A stretch of DNA of 58,860 bases, from positions 1 through 58,860 of the forward strand of contig CAZYHI010000001.1 in the NCBI GenBank assembly GCA_964647515.1, written 5' to 3'. The position numbers and the translations under genes were made by a program. A model generated the notes under the pieces. The model was given only the letters and a program-made list of their open reading frames with translations, was not told where the DNA came from and ran no database searches. Position 1 is the stretch's first letter, and the number at the start of each line of letters is the position of its first letter. Source of the DNA: an uncultured Micavibrio sp. GTDB taxonomy: Bacteria > Pseudomonadota > Alphaproteobacteria > Micavibrionales > Micavibrionaceae. Below are positions 18,438 through 27,030 of this stretch, piece after piece.

Positions 18438-18773
18438 ATGAAAATATTTTTGACATTATTGTTGTTTGTCGTGACTTATTTGTCTGCGCCTACATTCTCC
18501 ATTCAAAAGTCTTACGCGCAAAGTCAAGATCGATTAGATTCTGCGCGCAGCAGCATCGATCTTTATTACGAAGAACTTGCCGAAAAAAAAGCCAAACGTG
18601 ATTCTTATTCCTTTGAAATAGAAGAAGATGAAAAAGACGACATCAACTATAAGGCAGACCGTTCAACAACATTAAAGCAACCAAAGCAGCAGCGATTAAA
18701 TCGTCATGGCAAAGGACAGTTAAAATCATCTGCTGATGTTTTGAAAAATTTACTAAGCCCTGCCAAAAAATAA
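18438..18773 (+). CDS. small secreted protein (opposite-strand cassette)
   Basis: 111 aa. The signal peptide MKIFLTLLLFVVTYLSAPTFSIQKSYA is followed by a highly charged Lys/Glu/Asp-rich region. Confidence 0.5.
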   Translation: MKIFLTLLLFVVTYLSAPTFSIQKSYAQSQDRLDSARSSIDLYYEELAEKKAKRDSYSFEIEEDEKDDINYKADRSTTLKQPKQQRLNRHGKGQLKSSADVLKNLLSPAKK

Positions 18774-18777
18774 AATC

Positions 18778-19299
18778 CTAAAAACTATCTAATATTCCTG
18801 AAACACTGCTTAATTGGTCACCCAATCGAGCGGTATTGGTGAGTTTATTTTTTTCTTCTAACTGCGTACGCGCCAAGGTATTTTTACTACTTTGCTGCAA
18901 TAAATTTTGATTCAAAGACTCTATTTTTAACTTATCTAACCGTTCACGGTTTTCACGTTGGTCTTCAGATTCTTCAAAAAGACCAAGTAGAACCGCCTCA
19001 GAGGATCCGTCACCTTGAGAAACACCGCTTGAACCAAATGCCGCGCGTTGTCGTGCCACCGCACGTTTTAAGGCATTGCGTCTTTGCGTTTCAGCCTCTT
19101 TCCCTTGCGTTTCAATTTGCGCACGACTTAAGGCCGCATCTTGCCGTGCCTGTTGTTGTTGTAAGGCTTGCTGTTGCCCTAACTGCCTTAAAACTCGATC
19201 ATCTTGTTTCTTCGCCGGGTTATCAATGACATTTGCAATTGTATTGACTGTTTCGAATAAGGCCAACGCTTGTGTTGCTATCGGTAGAACTGCTCCCAT
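18778..19299 (-). CDS. coiled-coil phage protein (putative internal virion protein)
   Basis: 173 aa, Gln/Arg-rich coiled coil (QQQALQQQQARQDAAL). Its position after the nozzle gene corresponds to the internal virion proteins of T7-like phages. Confidence 0.45.
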   Translation of the reverse strand: MGAVLPIATQALALFETVNTIANVIDNPAKKQDDRVLRQLGQQQALQQQQARQDAALSRAQIETQGKEAETQRRNALKRAVARQRAAFGSSGVSQGDGSSEAVLLGLFEESEDQRENRERLDKLKIESLNQNLLQQSSKNTLARTQLEEKNKLTNTARLGDQLSSVSGILDSF

Positions 19300-19323
19300 T
19301 ATTTTAATCTCCTTTTATATAGT

Positions 19324-21222
19324 TTAATCATTAATCTTTATTTCAATCGCCGTTGAAAGAAGCGTAAATTTATAGGGAACTTCCTGTTCAATACGCCAAT
19401 AAGGATGTGGTCCATTTTTGAGCCACCCTAATGATCGAACACGAATATCATCAGTCACCAACGGCGGTGGTGTGTCCAAAATTTCATCTTCACCAAATTG
19501 TTTTAATGTCACATCTTTTAACCCACGCCCCACATCAAGACGTAACGCTTGCGTTTCTTGCACACGGAAGATGGCTTCAATCAATCTTGTTTTCTTGCCA
19601 GCTGTTGCTTCACTCATTTCCAAAGGTAATGGCTCTAAAACATGTGTATAGGGCAAGCCGACTTCTATCTGTAGCGCAGGATCATCCAACGTCACTGCGC
19701 CATCAATAACCTGTAAAGGGTTATCCAAGACAATACCATCGGCGATGACAACGACGTCACGTCCTTCCAAATGATCTAAACCCGACCATGTTTGTCGTGG
19801 ATTATCGGTTTGTCCTGTCAGCGCAGAATCCAAATTAATCTCAACATCAAAACATTCAATATAAAAAGCGCCATCGCGCTCAACCAATAAATAAGTATTT
19901 CGTCCGACAACACTAACCGAATGAACATGCCCCAATGTTTCATGCAACGTCCATGCGCGCACTTGCTCTGCCCTATAAAGGGTCATTGTCGCTATCTTTC
20001 CATCATCACGCACCGCAAAAACAAGACGACGATGCTGATCATAATCTTGATCAATGACATTTTGTGGAATATGGCGTGAGACCAAAGCTAAATCAATCGC
20101 GGTATAGGCTTGCTCAATATCCGTATATAAAAATTCTCTAATTTCCTGTCCGTTATCGGCGACAAAAATTGTCGCACCATCGACCGTCACGGGAGGAACA
20201 TAACGTCCAATCACCGAACCCACACGCGTTTGACGGTTTAACTGTAAGGATGTTGGCGTCAAAGGCGTACCTGTGACAATCCATTCCGCACCACTGGTAA
20301 AAACTTGCAAATGGCGACCAGAAAACACACCGCGTATCGCATTAACTTGGTCAGATAAAATAGAAAATTCAATGGCTTCGTCATCCAACCCCTCACCCAA
20401 ATCAAAGTTAAACAAATCACCAGAGCGTGAAAACCAAAGACGATTTGGTAAATCACGCGAACCTCCAATAACCAAACGATCTTGATGAAAGGCCACCGTC
20501 ACGGGATATCCACGAACGGAGGAGTATGCCTGTTCAAACCAATCAATCGTTGTCGCTGTATCGGGTAAATCTTCAATCAATTCAACGGTGATAACTGTTG
20601 GTGAATCATAGCTTAAAATCTGTGCTTGTTTTCCCGCAATTTGCATCCGCGTTCCTGCATGACCAAGAGAAAACACATCATCAGAAGCCGTTAAAGTCAC
20701 CGTGCCGCTTATACCACTGGGTGTTAAGGTCACATTACTATCGGCAAACTTATAAAAAGGTTGGTAAATGATATTTTCATCACTGAAAAACATCCAATCT
20801 TCTAAAACAAATTGCCCAAGATCATTACGTATTAATTTTTGCGGCACATAATCAGGATGAACCAGCAACAATGTATCCGCACTTTGCGTCCATGCCACTT
20901 GGGATATATCATTTTGTGACCATGGTGATGTGATGCTTGTAATTTTCACATCATCAAAATAGACATCAATTTTATTGGCCGTTAAAACCAGTAAATATGT
21001 TTGCTGTGCGTTAAATTCAAACGGGATAAGACGGCCATTCCCTTCTACCGTATCTATATAGCGCAAGCCATCACGGCGCGTGACACCACCCGTAGGATAG
21101 ATAAAAAGATTTTGCATTTTCGCCGCGCCATTTTTGTAAGAAACCAATTCTCCACGTCCCAATAAATCTTCGGAAATCTCCCCTGCGGTAAAATTACTTT
21201 TAACTTGTCTTGCTCTTGTCAT
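19324..21222 (-). CDS. podovirus tail tubular protein B / nozzle-like protein
   Basis: 632 aa. The N-terminus NFTAGEISEDLLGRGELVSYKNGAAKMQNLFIYPTGGVTRRDG resembles gp12-like tail proteins of alphaproteobacterial podophages (from memory). Its position after the gp11-like gene fits. Confidence 0.55.
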   Translation of the reverse strand: MTRARQVKSNFTAGEISEDLLGRGELVSYKNGAAKMQNLFIYPTGGVTRRDGLRYIDTVEGNGRLIPFEFNAQQTYLLVLTANKIDVYFDDVKITSITSPWSQNDISQVAWTQSADTLLLVHPDYVPQKLIRNDLGQFVLEDWMFFSDENIIYQPFYKFADSNVTLTPSGISGTVTLTASDDVFSLGHAGTRMQIAGKQAQILSYDSPTVITVELIEDLPDTATTIDWFEQAYSSVRGYPVTVAFHQDRLVIGGSRDLPNRLWFSRSGDLFNFDLGEGLDDEAIEFSILSDQVNAIRGVFSGRHLQVFTSGAEWIVTGTPLTPTSLQLNRQTRVGSVIGRYVPPVTVDGATIFVADNGQEIREFLYTDIEQAYTAIDLALVSRHIPQNVIDQDYDQHRRLVFAVRDDGKIATMTLYRAEQVRAWTLHETLGHVHSVSVVGRNTYLLVERDGAFYIECFDVEINLDSALTGQTDNPRQTWSGLDHLEGRDVVVIADGIVLDNPLQVIDGAVTLDDPALQIEVGLPYTHVLEPLPLEMSEATAGKKTRLIEAIFRVQETQALRLDVGRGLKDVTLKQFGEDEILDTPPPLVTDDIRVRSLGWLKNGPHPYWRIEQEVPYKFTLLSTAIEIKIND

Positions 21223-21246
21223 TATATCTATCCTTTTAATTTCTTC

Positions 21247-21813
21247 TTACCGCACATCAATCAACGTAAAATCTTCAATACGGTTCGGGCTGTCTTGTTG
21301 CGCATCAATTTGACGCGCCATCGCAAATTCATCTTTCGCCAACTTATATAAAGCGGTTGAACGTGATGTACTTTCAGTCACGGGAATACAAAATTCTGCC
21401 GCCAACTTCGTAATCAGCGCCATATCGAAAAATGGCGGAAAGCTCTCTTCTTCTGGACGATAAATATAAGTCAGCACAACTGCATCGGCATTAGTATAAA
21501 GTTGCCCATTCACAAGACGGTAATTCAGTCCACGACCGCGCTGACCATCGCCAGCAGAAATAGCACGAAGAAAATCAAGCGGTAATTGAAATGCGTTTTG
21601 ATAATCCGCCAATGGCGCATCATTTAATTTTGTCAATGCCAACTGCCCTGTCGCAAATGTCCATGGATATGATGACAACATCGCATCACGAACAGGCGCG
21701 AACAAAGCATTCGCAATTTCTGATTCTGCGGTATCATCATTAAAAGATGTAATAGGTGCTGCGCCCAACCTAACCAGTGCGCGCGAGCATAGTCCAATGT
21801 CATTTAAAGCCAT
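21247..21813 (-). CDS. podovirus tail tubular protein A / adaptor-like protein
   Basis: The ATG at 21813 with RBS AAGGAGA is preferred over the longer track ORF. MALNDIGLCSRALVRLGAAPITSFNDDTAESEIA..SSYPWTFA resembles gp11-like adaptor proteins (from memory). Confidence 0.5.
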   Translation of the reverse strand: MALNDIGLCSRALVRLGAAPITSFNDDTAESEIANALFAPVRDAMLSSYPWTFATGQLALTKLNDAPLADYQNAFQLPLDFLRAISAGDGQRGRGLNYRLVNGQLYTNADAVVLTYIYRPEEESFPPFFDMALITKLAAEFCIPVTESTSRSTALYKLAKDEFAMARQIDAQQDSPNRIEDFTLIDVR

Positions 21814-21910
21814 TGTGTGTCTCCTTATGTATTGAATAAAAATCAAAAAGACAGCCAAAAAATAAATCAATATCTATGGCTGCCTTTCCTTGTTACGGAG
21901 GTTAGAAAAC

Positions 21911-22150
21911 CTATGCGAGGGCCGCAACACTGACGACGCCAGACGTCACATCAGTCACAATATAAAATTGTGCGCTTGCGCCTGCGTCGATATCAACATT
22001 GGCGATGATAAGATCATTTTCATCCATCATCTCCGATGCTGTATTAAAATATCCAGGCGTTGTAACAGAATCATCTTCTGTTTTAAAATGCCATAGAGTG
22101 AAGTTGTTGGCGTATGCGAGTACGCTTAAATTAGAGAGTTGTAAACTCAT
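21911..22150 (-). CDS. small phage structural-module protein, function unknown
   Basis: 79-aa ORF with RBS GGAGA, located between the capsid and adaptor genes. Confidence 0.5.
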   Translation of the reverse strand: MSLQLSNLSVLAYANNFTLWHFKTEDDSVTTPGYFNTASEMMDENDLIIANVDIDAGASAQFYIVTDVTSGVVSVAALA

Positions 22151-22187
22151 GGTTATCTCCTTTTTTGAGTTATTAAATAAAACAAAC

Positions 22188-22269
22188 CGTCATCTCGAAC
22201 GCACCAATTTTTGGGGCGGAGAGATCTCAAATTACTTCATGAGATTCTTCGCATTCGCTCGGAATGACG
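22188..22269. repeat. miniature palindromic intergenic element (CGTCAT...ATGACG family) just downstream of the capsid gene
   Basis: Imperfect terminal inverted repeat cgtcatctcga (22188-22198) / tcggaatgacg (22259-22269), with an internal hairpin atctca/tgagat. Confidence 0.6.
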
Positions 22270-22287
22270 ACTTATTTTTAGATGTTA

Positions 22288-23124
22288 TTAATCAGGTGTT
22301 TCATCACAATTAATTGTCACAACACCCGCCTCATCAATCAGAACAGACCCTTGGCTCATCATGTTATTGACAAAATGAGCGGCGCGATCACCATGCCAGC
22401 TAATATCTGTTTGAACATCACTACCGACGGCATGGCCGATGGCTGTTTTGTGATAGAAATAACAAGAACGAATATCGTCACCATCAATCGGCAATCCAGA
22501 ATGTGGAATCCAGATTGTACCCAACCACATTTTAGCTTGAGACGTACCATTAGCGTATGGAAGTGCGCCGTCACCGATATAATCAGCATTTACAAATTCA
22601 TCAATTTGTAACAAATCACTCCATTGTTTCCAACCAACAGCGGCAAAACGCTGACCATCATCTGGCACATCGGTTTCACCAAACAATTCAAAAGCTTCAA
22701 GAACTTTATCTTTTGTTAAGCCTGTATTGGCATCACCAATGATATTGGCAGATGATGTTGTTAGCGCATTAATGATCATCTCATCTGTTTTACGGCCAAG
22801 CGCAGACGCACCCGCACTGGCAATAACCTGACGTTCATCAATATTCAATTTTAACTCATCCAGATGATCAACCCAGTCACCCGCGTAGAAATCTTGTAAA
22901 ACACATTCTACATTTGAGTGAACCAGATTCATCACAGGCACCATGCCATGTGTTGATTTGGTCGAGGCGGTTCCTTTACCGACCTTTTGAAAGACGGTTG
23001 AAGACCCAGTTACTTTATTTGTTGTACGTACAGAGTTTCTTAATTTAGATCCCTGACGTTGGTAAGCTTCATGCACTTCACGTTCGAACTGCTTGATAAA
23101 AGCTTGGTCAATAGATTCTGACAT
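22288..23124 (-). CDS. phage major capsid protein
   Basis: 278 aa. The N-terminus FIKQFEREVHEAYQRQGSKLRNSVR..VFQKVGKGTA is typical of a major capsid family in alphaproteobacterial podophages (from memory). Its position after the scaffold gene fits. Confidence 0.75.
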   Translation of the reverse strand: MSESIDQAFIKQFEREVHEAYQRQGSKLRNSVRTTNKVTGSSTVFQKVGKGTASTKSTHGMVPVMNLVHSNVECVLQDFYAGDWVDHLDELKLNIDERQVIASAGASALGRKTDEMIINALTTSSANIIGDANTGLTKDKVLEAFELFGETDVPDDGQRFAAVGWKQWSDLLQIDEFVNADYIGDGALPYANGTSQAKMWLGTIWIPHSGLPIDGDDIRSCYFYHKTAIGHAVGSDVQTDISWHGDRAAHFVNNMMSQGSVLIDEAGVVTINCDETPD

Positions 23125-23466
23125 TGCAATTTTCCTTTTTGTTTAAAATTATGTTGAAAATAAAACGCGAGCATAAGTTTTCGCATTCGCACTTTCGTGC
23201 AAATACGGCTCATCAAACGTAAATAGGGAAATGTTTCAGGCAAATATGAATAAAAATTTGTTTTCTGAAACTATTTGAGATGCCTTAACGAATAGAGTGT
23301 TAAGAACAAAACAACGCCATAAACCAAGATGGTAATATGGCGTTGATAGAACTAATATATGAATTTATTCCTATAAAATCAACTCTTTTTTTGGATAAAT
23401 TCTTAAAATACATTGAAAAACATTACTTATGTCTATAGATTGTGAATCAAGGGAGAGTTAAAAACT

Positions 23467-23850
23467 ATGTTTACATCAATATTAGAAACACTAAAAAACA
23501 CAGCCAGTAACGATGATCAAGATGCGCGCCGCGAATATGAACGCCGCGAAACTGATAGCTGTGTTGGTATTATTGACGGTATTTCCTACCCTATACTCGA
23601 TTGGAGTAAAGGTGGCGTCGCCCTTTCAGGTGATGATAAACAATTCAGTCTCAATACCACAAAAACAATCACGCTAAGATTTAAATTAGAAAATCGGATT
23701 GTTGATGTCTTACATAGTGGTCGCATTTTAAGAAAAGGACGCGATAAATTTGTTTTACAATTCGCGCCCCTCACTCAAAACATTGATCGTCAGTTCAACC
23801 ATATTGTTGATGATTATGTCTCTCAACAATTCGCAAACTCACAATTATAA
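23467..23850 (+). CDS. PilZ domain (c-di-GMP-binding) protein
   Basis: 127 aa. RREYER (RxxxR) is followed 19 residues later by DWSKGG (DxSxxG). RBS GGGAGAG lies 9 nt upstream of the ATG, and a TTGAAA-N17-TAGATT promoter-like sequence lies at 23413-23441. Confidence 0.7.
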   Translation: MFTSILETLKNTASNDDQDARREYERRETDSCVGIIDGISYPILDWSKGGVALSGDDKQFSLNTTKTITLRFKLENRIVDVLHSGRILRKGRDKFVLQFAPLTQNIDRQFNHIVDDYVSQQFANSQL

Positions 23851-23863
23851 TACAATCATCGAT

Positions 23864-24496
23864 TTATTTGCCGTACATTTTTTGAAAACCTTCAGTGACT
23901 TTGGCAACAAAAGACGGATCTTTATCACGCCAATATTTTGGATCACGCATCATAGATTGTAAATCCATGCCATCTGACGCATTAGTGTTTTTAAAATCAC
24001 CAATCTTTGGTTCTTCACCGCGCATCATATTATAAAGTGCCAATACCCCTTCGTACGAACTGGTTAAAGAATCTAACGCATCGACAGGTAAGTTCTTTTG
24101 ACCAAAAGATAGAAGCTGTCTTGAAATTTCTTTCCATTTTTCTGCACCACCGAAATACTCAACCAGCTTTTCAACCTCACGGTCAGCCTTAAAATCACCA
24201 GCCATTTCAACGACCATCGGCACCATTTTTTCAACGGCCAAATCATAAACAAACTGCACCTGTTCATTGGTAAAACCTTTTTCGTGCATACGTCTGTTCA
24301 TGTCTTCATCTTCGTCAAACAAACCATGTGAACAATCAACACAATAATCTGAATGTGTTTTAGGCGCCCTTGGGGCATTCGACATTTTTTGCTCCAACGC
24401 TTTGTAAGATTGCGCCATCGCTCCTATATTTACTTCACCTGTTTCTTTATTTTTAAATTTTTCTGGTATTTCATTATCTAATAAAGTGTCATTCAT
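23864..24496 (-). CDS. phage scaffolding protein
   Basis: 210-aa acidic helical protein. IPEKFKNKETGEVNIGAMAQSYKALEQKMS is a typical scaffold N-terminus, and its position between the portal and capsid genes fits. Confidence 0.6.
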   Translation of the reverse strand: MNDTLLDNEIPEKFKNKETGEVNIGAMAQSYKALEQKMSNAPRAPKTHSDYCVDCSHGLFDEDEDMNRRMHEKGFTNEQVQFVYDLAVEKMVPMVVEMAGDFKADREVEKLVEYFGGAEKWKEISRQLLSFGQKNLPVDALDSLTSSYEGVLALYNMMRGEEPKIGDFKNTNASDGMDLQSMMRDPKYWRDKDPSFVAKVTEGFQKMYGK

Positions 24497-24542
24497 ATTT
24501 TTATCTCCTTAAGTTATGAATATTTTAAATTAAATTTTTCTT

Positions 24543-24803
24543 TTAATTATTTTTGCCCTGCTCAACAAAATTAAGAATTGTTGAAACCAATGATCGCTGT
24601 CCGTCCATATGGCGTAACTGATCATTTGATGCCCCTGCTCCTAAATTTCGATGAAAGGTTATATATTGCAGATATACCAAAGCTTTCTTTCCATCATCGC
24701 TAGAAAAAACACGCGTAAACACACGCTTTATATTTTTTTGATCGATTTTGGATAAATGTGAGACATCGATTGCTTCCATTTTTGATTTATTCTTCCAAAA
24801 CAT
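24543..24803 (-). CDS. small phage protein, Bbp19-like
   Basis: The start at 24803 (ATG preceded by GGAGG at 6 nt) is preferred over the track start at 24854. FSSDDGKKALVYL...MDGQRSLVSTIL resembles the Bbp19-type protein that follows the portal in BPP-1-like phages (from memory). Confidence 0.5.
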   Translation of the reverse strand: MFWKNKSKMEAIDVSHLSKIDQKNIKRVFTRVFSSDDGKKALVYLQYITFHRNLGAGASNDQLRHMDGQRSLVSTILNFVEQGKNN

Positions 24804-26358
24804 TTTCGACCTCCAAATTATTCTCCAGATCATCCCCCAAATCATCCAAGACATCTAAGGGTGTTGGTAATATTTCTTTTTTCAACAAATCACGCGGAAC
24901 GCCCAATGTTTCGGCCAGTAATTTTACGGCCTTCGACGTGTCAACCATGGAAGTACCCGCGCCGCCCATAGAGGACGCAATATTAATCCATGTTAAAATG
25001 TCATTCACATGACCGCGCCCTTGCATCCGCGCCAAGGGGGAGCGATATTCAAGCATGATATAGCGACCATCTAAGGCAAGATCGGGAATCTCACCGCGTC
25101 GTTTTAAAATTGCAAAGGCACGCTCAACAAGAGGCGTGAGCAATTCAGATTGCAATCGTCCATATGTTGCTCCTAACAATAATGACATCTCCGAAGAACG
25201 TTCCAACACTTCTGTTGCTGTCATTTTCTTACTTACAACAGGGCCTAATTTATCCGCCAATAAAGCATGACGAATACGCGCCCTTAAATCACTTAAAATC
25301 AGCTCTGACACATCAAAACGTCCAGGCATATCCAAGGCTTTCAAGCCTTGCGACCCGACCGCCTTTGGAATAATAGCTCCAGGGACAAGCTCAATATTAG
25401 CAGGATTTAACACCCCATCATCATCGGCTTGCCAAATACCTGTCACCGCGATAGAAGCATTTTTCAAAATCAATTCGACAACTTTGTTCGCCGTTTTAAT
25501 GTCAGGTAATGCCTTCATCACAGGCGATCGTCCATAAATCTCTCCCGGGGATTTCATCCAACGAAATGAAATAGATGGTGATTTATGAAACTGTCCTTGC
25601 TTTAATAACGTCGGATAACCATCTTCGGTTAACATGGCAGTATATTGATAAATTCCATTTTCAGGGAGAATAGCTTCAAGAACACCAAAACGGTTTTGCG
25701 TATCGGCATCACCTTGACGCATAATATGCGATGGCAATTCTGCTTGCGGATAACGTTTTTTCAATTGTGATAATGTTAAAGATATGCTTCGATATGATCC
25801 ATCTAAAAATCCATTATCGCCTTCCTCCAACACAACATCCTGCAACGGCACAGATGAAAATTTAAAGGCTGAATATTCACCAATTTCCGTTTCTTCAAAA
25901 AACAAAGTCGATGTCCCGCCGACAACCAAATCAAGAAAAGCTTGGTGAATTTCAACACTAAAATTTGAACGATCAAAATGTGATTGTATTTTACGCGAAA
26001 TATCTTCCAAAACAGGCTCTAATTCCTGCGCTTCGCTCTCACTTAAATCTGGCCCTGCCTTTAAGCCAAACCACTGCGTCCATGGCGGTGTTAAATGCCC
26101 CAACAAACTCGCAGCCAATTGATCCACCGCATCCATCGCTGTGCCATCATATAAATGCTGTGTACGGCTGGCCCCCGCTCCACCAAATTGTGCGCTGTCA
26201 CTACGTTGAGGAAGCGCATAATCATAACAATCATCCCAATGCGTTTCCCAATTTTGACGACGCGCTTTAGCTTGGCTATACCCCTCCATAATTTTTTGAA
26301 GCTTTTGCGTTTGTTCTAAATCTTCTTGTGTTTTTTCTTTTATCTGAAAATCATCCAT
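24787..26358 (-). CDS. phage portal (head-to-tail connector, podovirus type)
   Basis: 523 aa with an N-terminal RRQNWETHWDDCYDYALPQR motif, typical of gp8-like connector proteins. RBS AGGAGA. Confidence 0.85.
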   Translation of the reverse strand: MDDFQIKEKTQEDLEQTQKLQKIMEGYSQAKARRQNWETHWDDCYDYALPQRSDSAQFGGAGASRTQHLYDGTAMDAVDQLAASLLGHLTPPWTQWFGLKAGPDLSESEAQELEPVLEDISRKIQSHFDRSNFSVEIHQAFLDLVVGGTSTLFFEETEIGEYSAFKFSSVPLQDVVLEEGDNGFLDGSYRSISLTLSQLKKRYPQAELPSHIMRQGDADTQNRFGVLEAILPENGIYQYTAMLTEDGYPTLLKQGQFHKSPSISFRWMKSPGEIYGRSPVMKALPDIKTANKVVELILKNASIAVTGIWQADDDGVLNPANIELVPGAIIPKAVGSQGLKALDMPGRFDVSELILSDLRARIRHALLADKLGPVVSKKMTATEVLERSSEMSLLLGATYGRLQSELLTPLVERAFAILKRRGEIPDLALDGRYIMLEYRSPLARMQGRGHVNDILTWINIASSMGGAGTSMVDTSKAVKLLAETLGVPRDLLKKEILPTPLDVLDDLGDDLENNLEVENVLEE

Positions 26359-26360
26359 GA

Positions 26361-26618
26361 TTATTCTCCTAACAAAGTTTTAGGTTGCGTGGTAGTGTCA
26401 TTATCATTGACCAACAACCCACGAAAACTTGTCGCGATCGTTCCTAATCGTCCACGTGAACGACGTAAAAGACTGTTCTGTCTGCCTTCAGCCCTCACCT
26501 CCTCATCTGTTTGTGTATTGGTCGGTTCTGTCGTTGTCACTGTTGGTGTTGTGACAACAGGCGCCGCAGGAACGGTGATGACCGTTGGTGCTTTTGGTTT
26601 ACTGGTTATGCTACCCAT
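26361..26618 (-). CDS. small phage protein with Thr/Val/Pro-rich tract and basic C-terminal motif
   Basis: 85 aa: MGSITSKPKAPTVITVPAAPVVTTPTVTTTEP, then LLRRSRGRLGTIATSFRGLL. It overlaps the upstream ORF by 8 nt and ends 2 nt before the portal start. Confidence 0.5.
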   Translation of the reverse strand: MGSITSKPKAPTVITVPAAPVVTTPTVTTTEPTNTQTDEEVRAEGRQNSLLRRSRGRLGTIATSFRGLLVNDNDTTTQPKTLLGE

Positions 26619-27030
26619 GGAATTTCCTTTCGATTTTATGTTTTTTGTAATTAATTTTTTTATGTTTTTTTAAATATTTAAATAGCTGCCACGGCGTGAT
26701 GATGTAACGAGCATGAACGCCTAAAATACGTTTTATAAATTCAACACAGCTATAGAGCATCACGGGCGCGGGTTTTTTATGATTTTTATCAATGACCGCC
26801 TGTACCACTTGATATCCTTGATTTTCCAACCATTGTGGTAAATTAAAAACGGCGTCAATGTGATGATGCATTTCTATATCTGTATAAGCAGATAACGGAT
26901 CAAGGCTTAGCCAATTTTTGCCATCATTAAGCAAAATAAAACAATGACGAAACCCTGGTTTTAATATTTTCAACCATGCAATATCAGTATGCCCTGTAAA
27001 GACAACCCATACCTGCTGTTCGTTTGTCAT
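26611..27030 (-). CDS. hypothetical phage protein
   Basis: 139 aa. The start overlaps the upstream stop (TAATG). A conserved-looking His (FRHCF) and Cys (YSCVEFIKRILG) could indicate a permuted NlpC/P60-like fold, but that is speculative. Confidence 0.45.
   Translation of the reverse strand: MTNEQQVWVVFTGHTDIAWLKILKPGFRHCFILLNDGKNWLSLDPLSAYTDIEMHHHIDAVFNLPQWLENQGYQVVQAVIDKNHKKPAPVMLYSCVEFIKRILGVHARYIITPWQLFKYLKKHKKINYKKHKIERKFHG

Noticed and set aside
26326-26673. 115-aa plus-strand ORF antisense to the 85-aa and 139-aa phage genes
   Set aside because: Its low-complexity VVTVGVVTTGAAGT peptide is the mirror image of the Thr/Val/Pro tract on the coding strand. It has no RBS and overlaps three tightly coupled genes.
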